The position numbers and the translations under genes are program-made. Of a DNA stretch of 64,000 bases, positions 18,928 to 29,081 are shown one piece after another (the first letter of the stretch is position 1; the number at the start of each line of letters is the position of its first letter). Under the pieces are notes generated by a model. That model did not search any database and was not told the DNA's origin. It saw only the letters and a program-made list of their open reading frames with translations. This DNA is from Minisyncoccia bacterium (lineage in GTDB: Bacteria > Patescibacteriota > Minisyncoccia > JACQLN01), in assembly GCA_049274895.1 (NCBI GenBank), contig JBASTM010000005.1:9636-73635 (forward strand), given 5' to 3'.

Positions 18928-19215
18928 TTAAATAATAGATTGCTTAGAAACTTTATTTTTCAGTACCAAAACTCCTTCAGCCCGAAGGAGTTTTGTTTTT
19001 TTGGCGGCCCCGTCGCGGTTGTAGCCGCCCAAAGTGCCGTCTGACCTAACCACGCGATGGCAAGGGATTTTCGGGTCAAAATTACGGGCGAGCGCGTTGG
19101 CCACGCCGCGACTAGCCCGGGGTGAACCGATAGCAACGGCAATTGATTTATATGTGGCCACTTTGCCTTTAGGGATTTTTTGGGTAGTTTTGTAAACCTT
19201 ATCCTTAAAAATCAT
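18928..19215 (-). CDS. ogt: Methylated-DNA--protein-cysteine methyltransferase (MGMT/Ogt C-terminal domain)
   Basis: Active-site IPCHRVVRSDGTLGGY motif. Confidence 0.75.
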   Translation of the reverse strand: MIFKDKVYKTTQKIPKGKVATYKSIAVAIGSPRASRGVANALARNFDPKIPCHRVVRSDGTLGGYNRDGAAKKTKLLRAEGVLVLKNKVSKQSII

Positions 19216-20936
19216 TTTAGAAATCCTAACATTTTTTCTAACGGCCAGGCGTTTATAATGTCTGATTTCTCACACCAGCCGCGGCGAGCTTGGGCGATGC
19301 CGAGCTCCAGATATTTATAATGCTCGGTGGAATGAGCGTCGGAATCTATGGCTAGTTTTACGCCTGCTCCCACCGCTTTTCTAACATATTCGTCTTTCAA
19401 ATCCAGCCGGTCGGCAAAAGCGTCTATTTCCAAAACCGTGCCGGTGCGCTGGGCGGTTTTTATAATTTCATCTATATCCACCTCAAAAGCCGGGCGTTTG
19501 TTGATGATGCGGCCGGTGGGATGGAATAAAATATCCACGTTGGGATTTTCCATAGCGGTTACGATCCTTTTGGTTTGATCGGTCCGCGGCAAATTAAACA
19601 GCGAGTGCACTGCCGCGCCCACCACGTCCAGTTTAGCTAACACATCGTCGCGGATATCCAACGAGCCGTCTTTTAAGATGTTAACTTCTGCCCCCTTGAG
19701 GATCCTAAATTTTGATATTTGAGATTTGATTTTTGAATTTATTTTATCTATCTCCGCCATTTGACGCAGCAGTTTTTTCTCATCCGCGCCGCCGGTCATA
19801 GCCAGCGACCGGGTATGGTCAGTGATGCAAATATATTCCAAACCCATCCGCCGGGCGGCTTCGGCCATTTCTTCTATGGAGTTTTCGCCGTCGGTCCAGT
19901 CGGTCTGTATTTGGAGATCACCTTTAAGATCACTGTAGTCAACTAGTTTGGGTAAACGATGTTCTTGAGCCGCCCCTATCTCGCCGCTCGCCGTGCGGAG
20001 TTCCGGCGGAATAAAATCCAAACCCAGTTTTTTATAAATCTCCTCTTCGGTGGCGCCAGCAACGATTTTATCGCCTTTGTATAATCCGTACTCGTTCAAT
20101 TTATAGCCGTGCCTGATGGCGATTTTACGCAACTCCACATTGTGATTTTTATCTCCAGTAAAATACTGCACCGCCGCGCCAAAACTTTCCGGCGCTACCA
20201 CTCTTAAATCAATCTCCAAACCGTTGGCCAGCTTGACCACACTTTTGGTTCGTCCTTGGGCCACTATCCGACCCACCTCGGGCAGACTCACAAAAACGTC
20301 CATTACCGCTTCGGGCTTTTGGGAAGTGATTAAAATATCAACATCGCCCACGGTTTCCTGCATTCGCCGCACCGAACCGCAGGCCACCACCTTTTGGGTA
20401 TGGGGATTTTTATCCAAACGCCCCACGATGGCGCGAACCTCCGGCAAAATATAGCCCAGCACATACCGGCCGGAGTGTTTTTTAACAAATTCCAAACCCT
20501 TTAGAATTTTCTCTTCCGATTTCTGGCCGAACCCTTCCAGATTTCTAATCTTCCCCGCCTTGGCCGCTTTCTCTAGCTGGACCAACGTCCTAATTCCTAA
20601 TTCCTGGTATAGCTTATAGACCCCTTTGGGACCAATGCCCTCCACTTTGGTCAGCCCTTCAATATCCACCGGAATTTTCTTTTTTAAGTCTTGATATTCT
20701 TTAATGCGGCGGTTTTTGATATATTCTTCTATCATTGCGGCCATGCTTTTGCCCACACCTGGCACTTCCTCCAGCGCTTTGGTGCCGCCTGTTTTATATA
20801 TTTTTTCCAAATCCTGGGTGAGATCAGAAATAGCCGCGGCCGCGCGTAGAAAAGCGCGCGGCTTAAAAGCCACGCCCTGCATTTCCAGCATCACCGCTAT
20901 TTCGCCAAAAATCTTGGAGATTTCCTGGTTGATCAC
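19212..20936 (-). CDS. polX: Family X DNA polymerase with a C-terminal PHP (phosphoesterase) domain
   Basis: N-terminal pol-beta-like HhH region, GSVRR...DVDIL nucleotidyltransferase motif, and a C-terminal PHP domain (ITDHT..., HSTE). Confidence 0.85.
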   Translation of the reverse strand: MINQEISKIFGEIAVMLEMQGVAFKPRAFLRAAAAISDLTQDLEKIYKTGGTKALEEVPGVGKSMAAMIEEYIKNRRIKEYQDLKKKIPVDIEGLTKVEGIGPKGVYKLYQELGIRTLVQLEKAAKAGKIRNLEGFGQKSEEKILKGLEFVKKHSGRYVLGYILPEVRAIVGRLDKNPHTQKVVACGSVRRMQETVGDVDILITSQKPEAVMDVFVSLPEVGRIVAQGRTKSVVKLANGLEIDLRVVAPESFGAAVQYFTGDKNHNVELRKIAIRHGYKLNEYGLYKGDKIVAGATEEEIYKKLGLDFIPPELRTASGEIGAAQEHRLPKLVDYSDLKGDLQIQTDWTDGENSIEEMAEAARRMGLEYICITDHTRSLAMTGGADEKKLLRQMAEIDKINSKIKSQISKFRILKGAEVNILKDGSLDIRDDVLAKLDVVGAAVHSLFNLPRTDQTKRIVTAMENPNVDILFHPTGRIINKRPAFEVDIDEIIKTAQRTGTVLEIDAFADRLDLKDEYVRKAVGAGVKLAIDSDAHSTEHYKYLELGIAQARRGWCEKSDIINAWPLEKMLGFLK

Positions 20937-21075
20937 TGTCTATATGTTAGCAAGTTACGGATAAAATAAAACCCCGCTCCGACTTCACTAAGTCGCGGGC
21001 GGGGATAAAACCCAACACTTGGTGTGTTGGGTAATTGCGGAAGGACTATCCTTTCGGAGATCTTATTTACCGTTA

Positions 21076-21606
21076 TCAATGATGGATAGCGTACTGGATA
21101 ATTCTGCGCCAGAACGGTGGCGGGCGCACGACCTTGGCGGGATCGGGGTCGCCTGGAAGAAGTATTTCGTGATCGCCACCATCATGCGGCATAGTACGAA
21201 CAATCCCCCAACCCAAGTCATCACCGAGCAGTTCCTGCCAGTCATTTCTGTCAGTAGCTGCTCCTCTTTTTGAGAGGAACTTGCGGTGGTTTCTTCTACG
21301 AGGAGTAGTGTGGCCATCCACTAAAACTAAACCCAACAAACTGCTTTCAACTTGCGAGCGTAACCGACCCGAATCCGTGGCAACGCGTAAACGGCGATAG
21401 CGTCGGCCCAGTTTTTCAATGTCGCCGGCGAAACGGCGGGCTGTTTTTTGAACAATCCCGAAAAGTTCGCCGTCCAAGTCTTCCTGACTTTTTCTTCTAA
21501 CCCTTACCCCTTTCATTCTCAACCTCCTTTTTATCCCGCATCTTTTGTTTACAAAAGGCGCGGGATTTGATTTGAAAGAACACGGCCGTACCCTACCATC
21601 GCCCAC
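21076..21606 (-). CDS. Putative DUF559/Vsr-like endonuclease-domain protein in a GC-rich patch; the start is uncertain
   Basis: Arg-rich N-terminus and LVLVDGHTT...DRNDWQELLGDDLGWGIVRT resemble the DUF559 pattern (ELDG.QH...D..RD..L...G..VLRF). The GC content is much higher than the neighbours. Confidence 0.3.
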   Translation of the reverse strand: MGDGRVRPCSFKSNPAPFVNKRCGIKRRLRMKGVRVRRKSQEDLDGELFGIVQKTARRFAGDIEKLGRRYRRLRVATDSGRLRSQVESSLLGLVLVDGHTTPRRRNHRKFLSKRGAATDRNDWQELLGDDLGWGIVRTMPHDGGDHEILLPGDPDPAKVVRPPPFWRRIIQYAIHH

Positions 21607-21620
21607 TATAACCTATTTTG

Positions 21621-22286
21621 TTATTTAAGCCAATACTTGTTGTTTCTCCGGCGATCGGGCAGAATTCTATCTTCCCGAACATGGCGGGGCGCCAAATGCT
21701 TTATCAAACCTAAAAGCAGTAATGAAGAAAAAACTGAAACAGCACTCGCGGCCATAAATAAAACCGTAAAACCGAACCGGTCGGCAATGTAACCGCCCAA
21801 GGCGGTCGCGGTGGCGGCGGCCAAGCCCACCGAGAAAACGCTGTCCAAACTCCACTCAAAACTTATGCGCCATTTGTCCACGTGCCGCGTGAATATGGAA
21901 TACCAGGCCGGCACCGCCCAAGCCATAATGAAACCGTAAAAACCTTGGATGATATAAAGATGCGCGGGTTTGGTGGCAAAAATATAGGCGAGAGGCACCA
22001 GGCCGCTCAAAAAATAACCCAAAAACAAAGCCCAGAAATCATCCCGCTCGCCGTCGGTTTTATCCAAAAAACGGGCGATGGGCAGCTGAAAAATAGATTT
22101 GACTATCCAATATATGGAAGCGGCAAAGCCGGCCACTTTGGCCGAGCCGTCTGCTATCTGGCTGGTCAGAAAAATGGCAAAGACCGGCCCAAATGAAGCG
22201 AAAGCCGAATTGTAAAAAAAATCGGCGACGACGATAACCTTAACAATGCGATTGATCCCCTTGAACATATGGATATAGTATAGCAA
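21621..22286 (-). CDS. Polytopic membrane protein (half-size MFS-like, ~6 TM)
   Basis: Hydropathy pattern only. Confidence 0.45.
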   Translation of the reverse strand: MLYYIHMFKGINRIVKVIVVADFFYNSAFASFGPVFAIFLTSQIADGSAKVAGFAASIYWIVKSIFQLPIARFLDKTDGERDDFWALFLGYFLSGLVPLAYIFATKPAHLYIIQGFYGFIMAWAVPAWYSIFTRHVDKWRISFEWSLDSVFSVGLAAATATALGGYIADRFGFTVLFMAASAVSVFSSLLLLGLIKHLAPRHVREDRILPDRRRNNKYWLK

Positions 22287-22340
22287 AATCCCGCACCTTT
22301 TACTCGTAAAAAGCGCGGGATTAGTTATCCTGTTATTTAA

Positions 22341-23633
22341 CTATTCAGTCACCGGTAACCTCGGCACTGTCGGCAAACCGAAACCGGTGGCCGTATCATC
22401 GCCCAAAGCCCAAATATCCCGAGCGCGCTCGCCTACCAAAACCCTAGTGCTGGTAGCCGCGCCATTCCAAAGCTTGGCCGCCAAACCCGAAACATGGGGC
22501 GCGGCCATAGATGTGCCGGAAAGATACCGGTAAGAACCGTCCAGCCAAGTTGATTCCACATTGACACCCGGCGCGCCCAACTCAACCTCGCGATTTTCTA
22601 TAATATAATCACCGTCGTTAACGCCCCGGCTGGACCAATCCGGAACCAATTCGCCCTCGGTGATGGCGCTCACCGCCACGACATTAACGTAAGCCGCCGG
22701 CCAATCAATACTGCCTTTTTCCGGGCCGTCGTTGCCGCTGGAGGCCACCACTAAAACATTTTTAGCCCAAGCCTCGTCCACCGCCTCACGTAAAAGAAAA
22801 TTCTCCGCATTGCCGCCCAAACTCAAAGAAGCTATCTGGGCTCCATTTTGGACCGCATAGCTTAAAGCCGAAGCCACATCATCGGCCCAGCAAGTGCCGT
22901 CGTTGCGGCAGACTTTATAGATTAAAAGATTAGCTTCACTAGCCACGCCCCAAATACCCTTGCCGTCCCCACCGCCATCGGCGGCGATAGTGCCGGCCAC
23001 ATGGGTGCCATGCCCGTGTTTATCTTCGCAAGCCGAACGAGGCACCGGCCCCCGCGTAAAATCTTTACAGTCCTTAACCCGTTCCACCAAATCCGGATGT
23101 TTGATATTGGCTCCGGTATCTAAAACAGCCACTCCAACATTCTTGCCGCCCGAGGTTGATTTTATAATTTCACTGGCGTAGATTCTTTTTACGCCCCAAG
23201 GCACGGCATCACGCGGCCAGAACGTTCTAGTTTTTATTTTGGCAGCATCCTTAAGAACTTCTTCCTGTAAAACATTAACCGCCTCCGTGATCACGCTGGC
23301 CGCCGGATCGGTGGAGTTTGATTCCGATATGGTGATGGGGCTCACTTTATAGAGCGGCACCGGCGTCACTTCCGCCTTAAAAATCTTCTCCAGCGTCCAG
23401 ACTTCGCCTGTGGTCAGATCGGCCGTAAATCCCTTTTCAAATTCGTGTTGCACACCAAACAAAGATTTGACGATATAGCTCTTGGAGGCAATAAAATAAC
23501 GGCCTCCCTCGCCGCCGCCTTTAGCGGCCGTGGCGGATTGACTTAAGGATAGGAAAACGACCAAAACAGCCGCCAAAACAACAAAAAACCTGAATTGTGG
23601 TTTTTTACGCATCAAAAATAGATTGTACGTCAA
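22341..23633 (-). CDS. Secreted subtilisin-like serine protease (peptidase S8)
   Basis: Signal peptide and the catalytic triad motifs DTG, HGTHVAGTIAA and GTSMAAPHVSG. Confidence 0.85.
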   Translation of the reverse strand: MTYNLFLMRKKPQFRFFVVLAAVLVVFLSLSQSATAAKGGGEGGRYFIASKSYIVKSLFGVQHEFEKGFTADLTTGEVWTLEKIFKAEVTPVPLYKVSPITISESNSTDPAASVITEAVNVLQEEVLKDAAKIKTRTFWPRDAVPWGVKRIYASEIIKSTSGGKNVGVAVLDTGANIKHPDLVERVKDCKDFTRGPVPRSACEDKHGHGTHVAGTIAADGGGDGKGIWGVASEANLLIYKVCRNDGTCWADDVASALSYAVQNGAQIASLSLGGNAENFLLREAVDEAWAKNVLVVASSGNDGPEKGSIDWPAAYVNVVAVSAITEGELVPDWSSRGVNDGDYIIENREVELGAPGVNVESTWLDGSYRYLSGTSMAAPHVSGLAAKLWNGAATSTRVLVGERARDIWALGDDTATGFGLPTVPRLPVTE

Positions 23634-23674
23634 TTATACTCCCTCAAACAGCCCCAAGTCAAGCTAGGGAGTAG

Positions 23675-24721
23675 TTGTGGATAATGGGGTTTTGGATTGA
23701 CTTGGTTGGAGAGACTATGCTTGACTATCAAAATCAACAGTTCCTTAACATAAGGAGATCAGCAAGCATGGATAGACATATATCGTACGCCAGGGTTGGA
23801 TTTTTGGCGGAAGAATTACAAATTAGATCAGGTTTAAGAGTGCTGCGGACGGCCAGGGGCAACGACCCGGGCAATAAGGGATTCTGGGAAGAAATAGCCG
23901 ATCCGTCGGGCAGAATTCTCCGGCTGCGCCGAGTCTCAAAATCCAATGATCCGGCTACCACAGAAATCTTCAATCTCTTGTGCAGGACTTTTTCTGAAGA
24001 CGAGGCCGATACTCTCGAAACCATACAAAGTGACGTCACGGATCCGGATGTAGCCTTCTTCGTAATTCAAGAGAAAAACAACCCCAGAGTTCTGGCGCTG
24101 ATCAATGTCTATGTTCTGCCTGTCGGACCATCAGGCCTGCAGCTGTTTATTGGCTATGTGGTTACGGACGATACCGAAAGGGACAAGAGCCTAGCCTCCC
24201 GGCTGTACCGGGCGGCCTGTCTCTTTTTTATGCGCCGATCAGAGATAAAGGCGCGAGAGGCCTACGGCATTGTGGGAGAGATGGTTGAGACAGTGGAAGA
24301 GTTTTTCCTTAAGGTCGGCGGCTGCCGAAGACTGTATGTAGAAACCCCGGAAAGAATTTTGGAGATCCCCTACATTCAGCCGCCGCTGGATTTTGACAAA
24401 AGAACCGGCCGTCCCCTTAAAAATCCGGTTCCGGAACATTTGATGCTACGTCTGGTAGACTACGGCGATGAGCTTTCAGTAGAAGATGTATTGAAAATAG
24501 TCTGGAGCATTTACGAAAGTTACTTCTTTGAGGAAGACGACTTTGAAAGCGAAAAGGCCTATCACAGGCATTGCGCAGTAATGTCCGAGCTATTTGAAAA
24601 TCTAAAGAGGTCTCTACCTGATCCATCAAGCCGGGTGTTTATGATGAATCACGTCATACGGCAAGGTCTGGCCAGAGATCTGAAAAATGCCGGCCGAAAG
24701 CTGGTGGAAGTTACAACGTAG
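23675..24721 (+). CDS. Hypothetical protein (348 aa), possibly a GNAT-like fold
   Basis: ORF with mildly elevated GC and no strong motif. Confidence 0.35.
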   Translation: MWIMGFWIDLVGETMLDYQNQQFLNIRRSASMDRHISYARVGFLAEELQIRSGLRVLRTARGNDPGNKGFWEEIADPSGRILRLRRVSKSNDPATTEIFNLLCRTFSEDEADTLETIQSDVTDPDVAFFVIQEKNNPRVLALINVYVLPVGPSGLQLFIGYVVTDDTERDKSLASRLYRAACLFFMRRSEIKAREAYGIVGEMVETVEEFFLKVGGCRRLYVETPERILEIPYIQPPLDFDKRTGRPLKNPVPEHLMLRLVDYGDELSVEDVLKIVWSIYESYFFEEDDFESEKAYHRHCAVMSELFENLKRSLPDPSSRVFMMNHVIRQGLARDLKNAGRKLVEVTT

Positions 24722-24755
24722 GCAGTCACCGTCCCGACCAAAAGTCGGGACTTTT

Positions 24756-25388
24756 TTAAAACAAGCTTTCTTGAAGATCCCTAACCTCGTCCTGGCCGGC
24801 GATTGCGGGCTGGACTTGCGGTTGCGATTTTGATTCCTCAACTTTAACCAAAATCGCCGGAAGTTTTTTGAAACTGGCCGTAAGCGCTTCCAAATTTCCA
24901 GTTGACCTTAAAGCCGCGGCCGGGTGGAACAAAGGCATGATGAAAAATTGATGGAGTTTGAATACTTTGCCTTGATCACGGCTGATTTTGGCCGCGGGCA
25001 GAAAATAGTTCATGGAAAAACGCCCCAGCGTGGCGATAACTTTGGGATTAATTATTTCTATTTGGCGGGCCAGGTACGGCCTATAAGCTTCAATCTCCTC
25101 CGGTAAAGGATCGCGATTTTCGGGCGGCCGCCTTTTGACGATATTGGTAATATAAACCTGATCTCTCTGCCAACCGATATCGGTTATCAGTTTGGTTAAA
25201 AGCTGACCCGAACGGCCGACAAAAGGACGCTTCTGCTGGTCCTCGTGAAAACCCGGCGCCTCGCCGATAAACATAACTTGGCAATCAATATCGCCTTCGC
25301 CGAAAACCAAATTGGCCCCGCGCAAAGGCAAAGATTCATCTCGGAGCATTTCTGCTTCAAGTTTTTTTAGTTGACCTGATTTATCCAT
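24756..25388 (-). CDS. Uracil-DNA glycosylase, family 4
   Basis: GEAPG motif (MFIGEAPGFHEDQQKRPFVGRSGQLL) and the Fe-S cysteine context. Confidence 0.85.
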   Translation of the reverse strand: MDKSGQLKKLEAEMLRDESLPLRGANLVFGEGDIDCQVMFIGEAPGFHEDQQKRPFVGRSGQLLTKLITDIGWQRDQVYITNIVKRRPPENRDPLPEEIEAYRPYLARQIEIINPKVIATLGRFSMNYFLPAAKISRDQGKVFKLHQFFIMPLFHPAAALRSTGNLEALTASFKKLPAILVKVEESKSQPQVQPAIAGQDEVRDLQESLF

Positions 25389-25389
25389 A

Positions 25390-26520
25390 CTAATATAAAA
25401 AACTATAGATTATTCCCACCCCAAACACTAGCGCCAAAAGAACCATAAGACCAGTGTTGAGTTTAAGCTGATATTCGGGGTTTCTGGTACCTTTTTTTCT
25501 AGATCGGCGCCAAATCCAAAGTAGCAATAAACCCTCCAAGCCGCCCAAAACCGCGCCGGTAAAGGAAAGTATGCTTATAAAATTTTTGTAGCCGTAAAAA
25601 AATAAGGCCACCGGCACCCCGGCCGTCAAAACCCGGCTTAATAGTTTGGACAGGCCAAAATCCAAGCGAAAAGAATTTTGGATGTTAAGCCCGATGGTAA
25701 AAAAAGAAGTTATCACCGCCAAAAAACCCATCAATGCCCCAAACTTAACCCCAGTTGGGCCCAAAATCGTAACTAAACCATTTAAGGCCTCGGGCGAGGT
25801 GTTTTGTCCGCTTAAACTCAAAACGGCCGTAATAAAAAGAGCGTAAACCAAAACTGGCACCAGTGTACCTGTGATTATAACCGTTTTCAAAACGCCGCCG
25901 CGCCCGCCGGTAAAAAAATTTCTAATTTCGGGTATGGCCGAACCGCCGGCCAAAGCAAATAAAATAACTCCATAAGGCAGAAAGAAATTTCCGGCTGGGT
26001 TAAAAAAAGAAAAAGATTCGGTTTGGGTGAATTCAAAGGCATAGCCAGCCAAACCCAAAATCAAAACTATCAAAACCGCGGCCATTGCAAATTCCAATTC
26101 TCCGGTAAGCTTTAAACCCCTAAACACCACTCCGAAGCCAAATAGAGCTACCAGCAAAGACCCTAGAGTGGGAGAAATATCCCAAACTCCGCTTAAAATC
26201 AAACTTAAGAATTCTCCGCCAATTATAAGATAAGCTAAAAGAGCTAAGTACAATGTTACAAAAAATATAACCGAGGCAGCCAGCTTACCTGTTCTACCCA
26301 GATAGACTTCGGCGTAACCCACCAGACGATGCTTGGCTTGGGTGCGTAACACAATCTCGCCATAAATAAGGTGCATCAACGTCACCACCGCGCCTAACAC
26401 TAAAAGATAAACTAAAGTGAGGCCCCAGCCGGCCTGCGCGGCGGCGTAGGGCAAACCGAACATACCCACGCCAATGATGGTGCCGATAAGAGTGGACACG
26501 GCTAAGATAAAATTTTTCAT
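25390..26520 (-). CDS. Amino-acid permease-like transporter (~11 TM)
   Basis: Hydropathy and general similarity to aromatic/amino-acid transporter families. Confidence 0.5.
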   Translation of the reverse strand: MKNFILAVSTLIGTIIGVGMFGLPYAAAQAGWGLTLVYLLVLGAVVTLMHLIYGEIVLRTQAKHRLVGYAEVYLGRTGKLAASVIFFVTLYLALLAYLIIGGEFLSLILSGVWDISPTLGSLLVALFGFGVVFRGLKLTGELEFAMAAVLIVLILGLAGYAFEFTQTESFSFFNPAGNFFLPYGVILFALAGGSAIPEIRNFFTGGRGGVLKTVIITGTLVPVLVYALFITAVLSLSGQNTSPEALNGLVTILGPTGVKFGALMGFLAVITSFFTIGLNIQNSFRLDFGLSKLLSRVLTAGVPVALFFYGYKNFISILSFTGAVLGGLEGLLLLWIWRRSRKKGTRNPEYQLKLNTGLMVLLALVFGVGIIYSFLY

Positions 26521-26537
26521 TCTGTTAATTGGAGAAG

Positions 26538-26673
26538 CGACCGAATAGTTTGAGCGCGGTTCTGCGAACGAGCGGGCATGGTTCCCCAGACGTTGCGTCT
26601 GGGGAGAGCGAGTGAGCAGTACCAGTGAGCGAGCTCGCTGGGTGAGCGAACGGTAGCGAAAACTATTCGGCGC
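26538..26673. other. Structured intergenic element with an 11-bp terminal inverted repeat (ccgaatagttt/aaactattcgg), an internal perfect hairpin tccccagacg-ttgcg-tctgggga, and degenerate gtgagcga repeats
   Basis: Read directly from the sequence; candidate small RNA or MITE-like element. Confidence 0.4.
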
Positions 26674-26728
26674 GTAGCCATCGCCATACTGAAAATTATT
26701 GCATAGCGAGGGAACATAGCTATCTGAC

Positions 26729-26944
26729 CTAAATCAACCCCGCCGGGGCGAATTTTTTGGCCAGCCAAAAAGCTATCACGCCCCACACCACAGCCACGGG
26801 CAAAATTATCCGGCCGTATTTCCTAAGATTGGGTTCAGTCAGATACAAAGAACCGATAACCAAACCCGAAAATATAGGATTCAAAAAAGCGACGATCAAC
26901 CCCACCCAAAGCCACTTTTTACTGAATATTGGTTTTTGGTCCAT
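26729..26944 (-). CDS. Small two-TM membrane protein
   Basis: ORF with two clear hydrophobic helices. Confidence 0.4.
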   Translation of the reverse strand: MDQKPIFSKKWLWVGLIVAFLNPIFSGLVIGSLYLTEPNLRKYGRIILPVAVVWGVIAFWLAKKFAPAGLI

Positions 26945-26956
26945 AAATTTATGGTA

Positions 26957-28318
26957 CTACAATTCTACTACCTGCTCCACTTGGGGCACTTCCGTTTCCA
27001 CGCCTAAATCGCTTTTGATCTTGCCGGCCAGCACCGAGGCCGGGCCGGCTTCGCCCTGGACCACAAAAACTTTTTTAACGCCTTTGATATGCTCCACCCA
27101 ATTTAACAAACCGGCTTGGTCGGCGTGGGCCGAATAGCCGCCGATGGCTTTTATCTGGGCCCGAACCTGAATCATCTCACCGAACATTTTTATTTCCTGC
27201 GCCCCATCCCAAAGCCGCCGGCCCAAAGTATTTTGGGTTTGATAACCTATTATCAAAAGCGTAGATTTGGGATCAGGCAAGTATCTTCGTTCGTGGTGTA
27301 AAATCCGCCCGCCTTCCGACATACCCGAGCCGGCGATCACCACCTTGGGCGGCGGTACAGTGTTGATGGCTTTGGAAGATTCGGTGGTTAAAGAAAATTC
27401 CAAACCCGGGAAATTAAAAAGATCGTCGCCCGATTTGATAAGATAAACCGCTTCTTTGTTAAAATAATCGGAATATTTTTGATACACCGCCGTGGCTTTG
27501 ATGGCCAAAGGGCTGTCTATAAACACCGGGATTTTGGGGATGCGGCCCGACTCGGCCAAACTGTTTAATTCAAAAAGAAGTTCTTGGGTGCGCTCCAAAG
27601 CAAAGGCCGGAATCATTAAAGTGCCGCCGTTCCTGATGACGTTCTCTACGATGTTTAGCAGTTTCTCTTTACGTTTGGATTTGTCCTCGTGCAATCTGTC
27701 GCCGTAAGCCGATTCCATCAAAACGTAATCAGCCGAGCTTAAGTATTCCGCGGGCTTAAGCAGCGGCGTGGGCGGATTGCCCAAATCGCCCGAGAAAACA
27801 ATTTTAACCTGTCTGCTGCCCTCGGAAAGAAAAACCTCAATAATGGAGGAGCCCAAAATATGGCCGGCGTCGTTAAATCGGACTTTGATGCTGGAATTGA
27901 TTTCTACATCCTGATGATAGGCTCGACCGTGAGTCAGGCGCCAGCAATTAATCAGATCCTCTTCGCTAAAAAGCGGCTGTTCTTTGAACTTTTCGGCTTC
28001 TTCTTTTAATAAATGCAGACTATCGTCCAAACTTAGGCGGGCCAGATCCAAAGTGGGATGCGTGGCAAAAATACGGCCGCGAAAACCATCGCGATAAAGC
28101 TTGGGGATGCGTCCGATATGATCCAAATGGGCATGGGTTATCAAAACCGCGCTGATTTCTTTGGGATTATACAAAAAGGGCTGGTAGTTTTCTTTTTCCG
28201 CCAATCGGCCGCCCTGCTTAAGGCCGCAATCCACCAAAATTTTAGTATCGGCGCATTCTATAAGATAGTTGGCGCCGGTAACCGAACCGCCCACCCCGCC
28301 GTAAAAATAAAGCTTCAT
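26957..28318 (-). CDS. MBL-fold beta-CASP family ribonuclease (RNase J/CPSF-like)
   Basis: HAHLDHIG motif (HxHxDH), followed by beta-CASP and C-terminal RNA-specificity regions. The start is placed at the internal Met (MKLYFYGGVGGS) to avoid overlap with rnhB. Confidence 0.75.
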   Translation of the reverse strand: MKLYFYGGVGGSVTGANYLIECADTKILVDCGLKQGGRLAEKENYQPFLYNPKEISAVLITHAHLDHIGRIPKLYRDGFRGRIFATHPTLDLARLSLDDSLHLLKEEAEKFKEQPLFSEEDLINCWRLTHGRAYHQDVEINSSIKVRFNDAGHILGSSIIEVFLSEGSRQVKIVFSGDLGNPPTPLLKPAEYLSSADYVLMESAYGDRLHEDKSKRKEKLLNIVENVIRNGGTLMIPAFALERTQELLFELNSLAESGRIPKIPVFIDSPLAIKATAVYQKYSDYFNKEAVYLIKSGDDLFNFPGLEFSLTTESSKAINTVPPPKVVIAGSGMSEGGRILHHERRYLPDPKSTLLIIGYQTQNTLGRRLWDGAQEIKMFGEMIQVRAQIKAIGGYSAHADQAGLLNWVEHIKGVKKVFVVQGEAGPASVLAGKIKSDLGVETEVPQVEQVVEL

Positions 28319-28344
28319 AATAAGACTATAAAAAGATGGATATA

Positions 28345-28965
28345 TTACATTCTTTCCAATGTGGACCATTTTTTCCTCACTATATCCGGCCACCCGCCGC
28401 GCGACTTTTTCCAATCCGCCAGCCACTGGATCGTTTTGGGATCGCTGGGGTAGCCCGAGCCGAAGTCGCCGTATTTCTTTTTTAGAATCTTAACATACTT
28501 TTCGCGTTCGGTTTTGGCCAAAATGGAGGCGGCCGCCACCAGCACGTTATGGCTATCCATTTTATTGGCGCCGATTAACTTTGGTTGACTAACGCAGAGC
28601 GACGCGATTGAACCGCAATAATTTTTTATGCCCCGGCCGCTGGCCGGAACATCTATGTAAACCCGACACGGCGAAAATTTATTTATCAACTGGGCCGAAA
28701 ACTTAACTTCCAAATCGTTTATAGAAAATCTATCAATAAGCGAAGGACCGATCTTCGCTATTTTGTAATCCTGGGCTATTTTTTTTATTTCTTTGGCCAA
28801 TTCGTCCCGTTTTTTGGAAAGCAATAACTTAGAATCGTTAACCCCTAAATCGTTTAACCGATCCACCAAGTGATCTTCTTCGGGTATTAAAAAACCCGCC
28901 AAAAAAAGCGGGCCGATCACACAACCCCGCCCGGCTTCGTCTATGCCTAAAACTAAATCAGACAT
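28345..28965 (-). CDS. rnhB: Ribonuclease HII
   Basis: LVLGIDEAGRGCVIGPL is the N-terminal catalytic motif; the start is at the internal Met (MSDLVLGIDEAGRG). Confidence 0.85.
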   Translation of the reverse strand: MSDLVLGIDEAGRGCVIGPLFLAGFLIPEEDHLVDRLNDLGVNDSKLLLSKKRDELAKEIKKIAQDYKIAKIGPSLIDRFSINDLEVKFSAQLINKFSPCRVYIDVPASGRGIKNYCGSIASLCVSQPKLIGANKMDSHNVLVAAASILAKTEREKYVKILKKKYGDFGSGYPSDPKTIQWLADWKKSRGGWPDIVRKKWSTLERM

Positions 28966-29081
28966 AGTTAAATTATATCGCAGTCGCCAAAAATCCGCGC
29001 GTTTAGGCGCGGATGATATGATCAGGGCCGGGACGTTTTCGTCCCGGCCCGTAGTGTGGCTGCGATGGCGCAACCCCGGCG

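Noticed and set aside
26517-26786. 89-aa ORF overlapping the inverted-repeat element
   Set aside because: It lies entirely within a hairpin- and repeat-rich noncoding-looking segment, and its composition is an artefact of the repeats.
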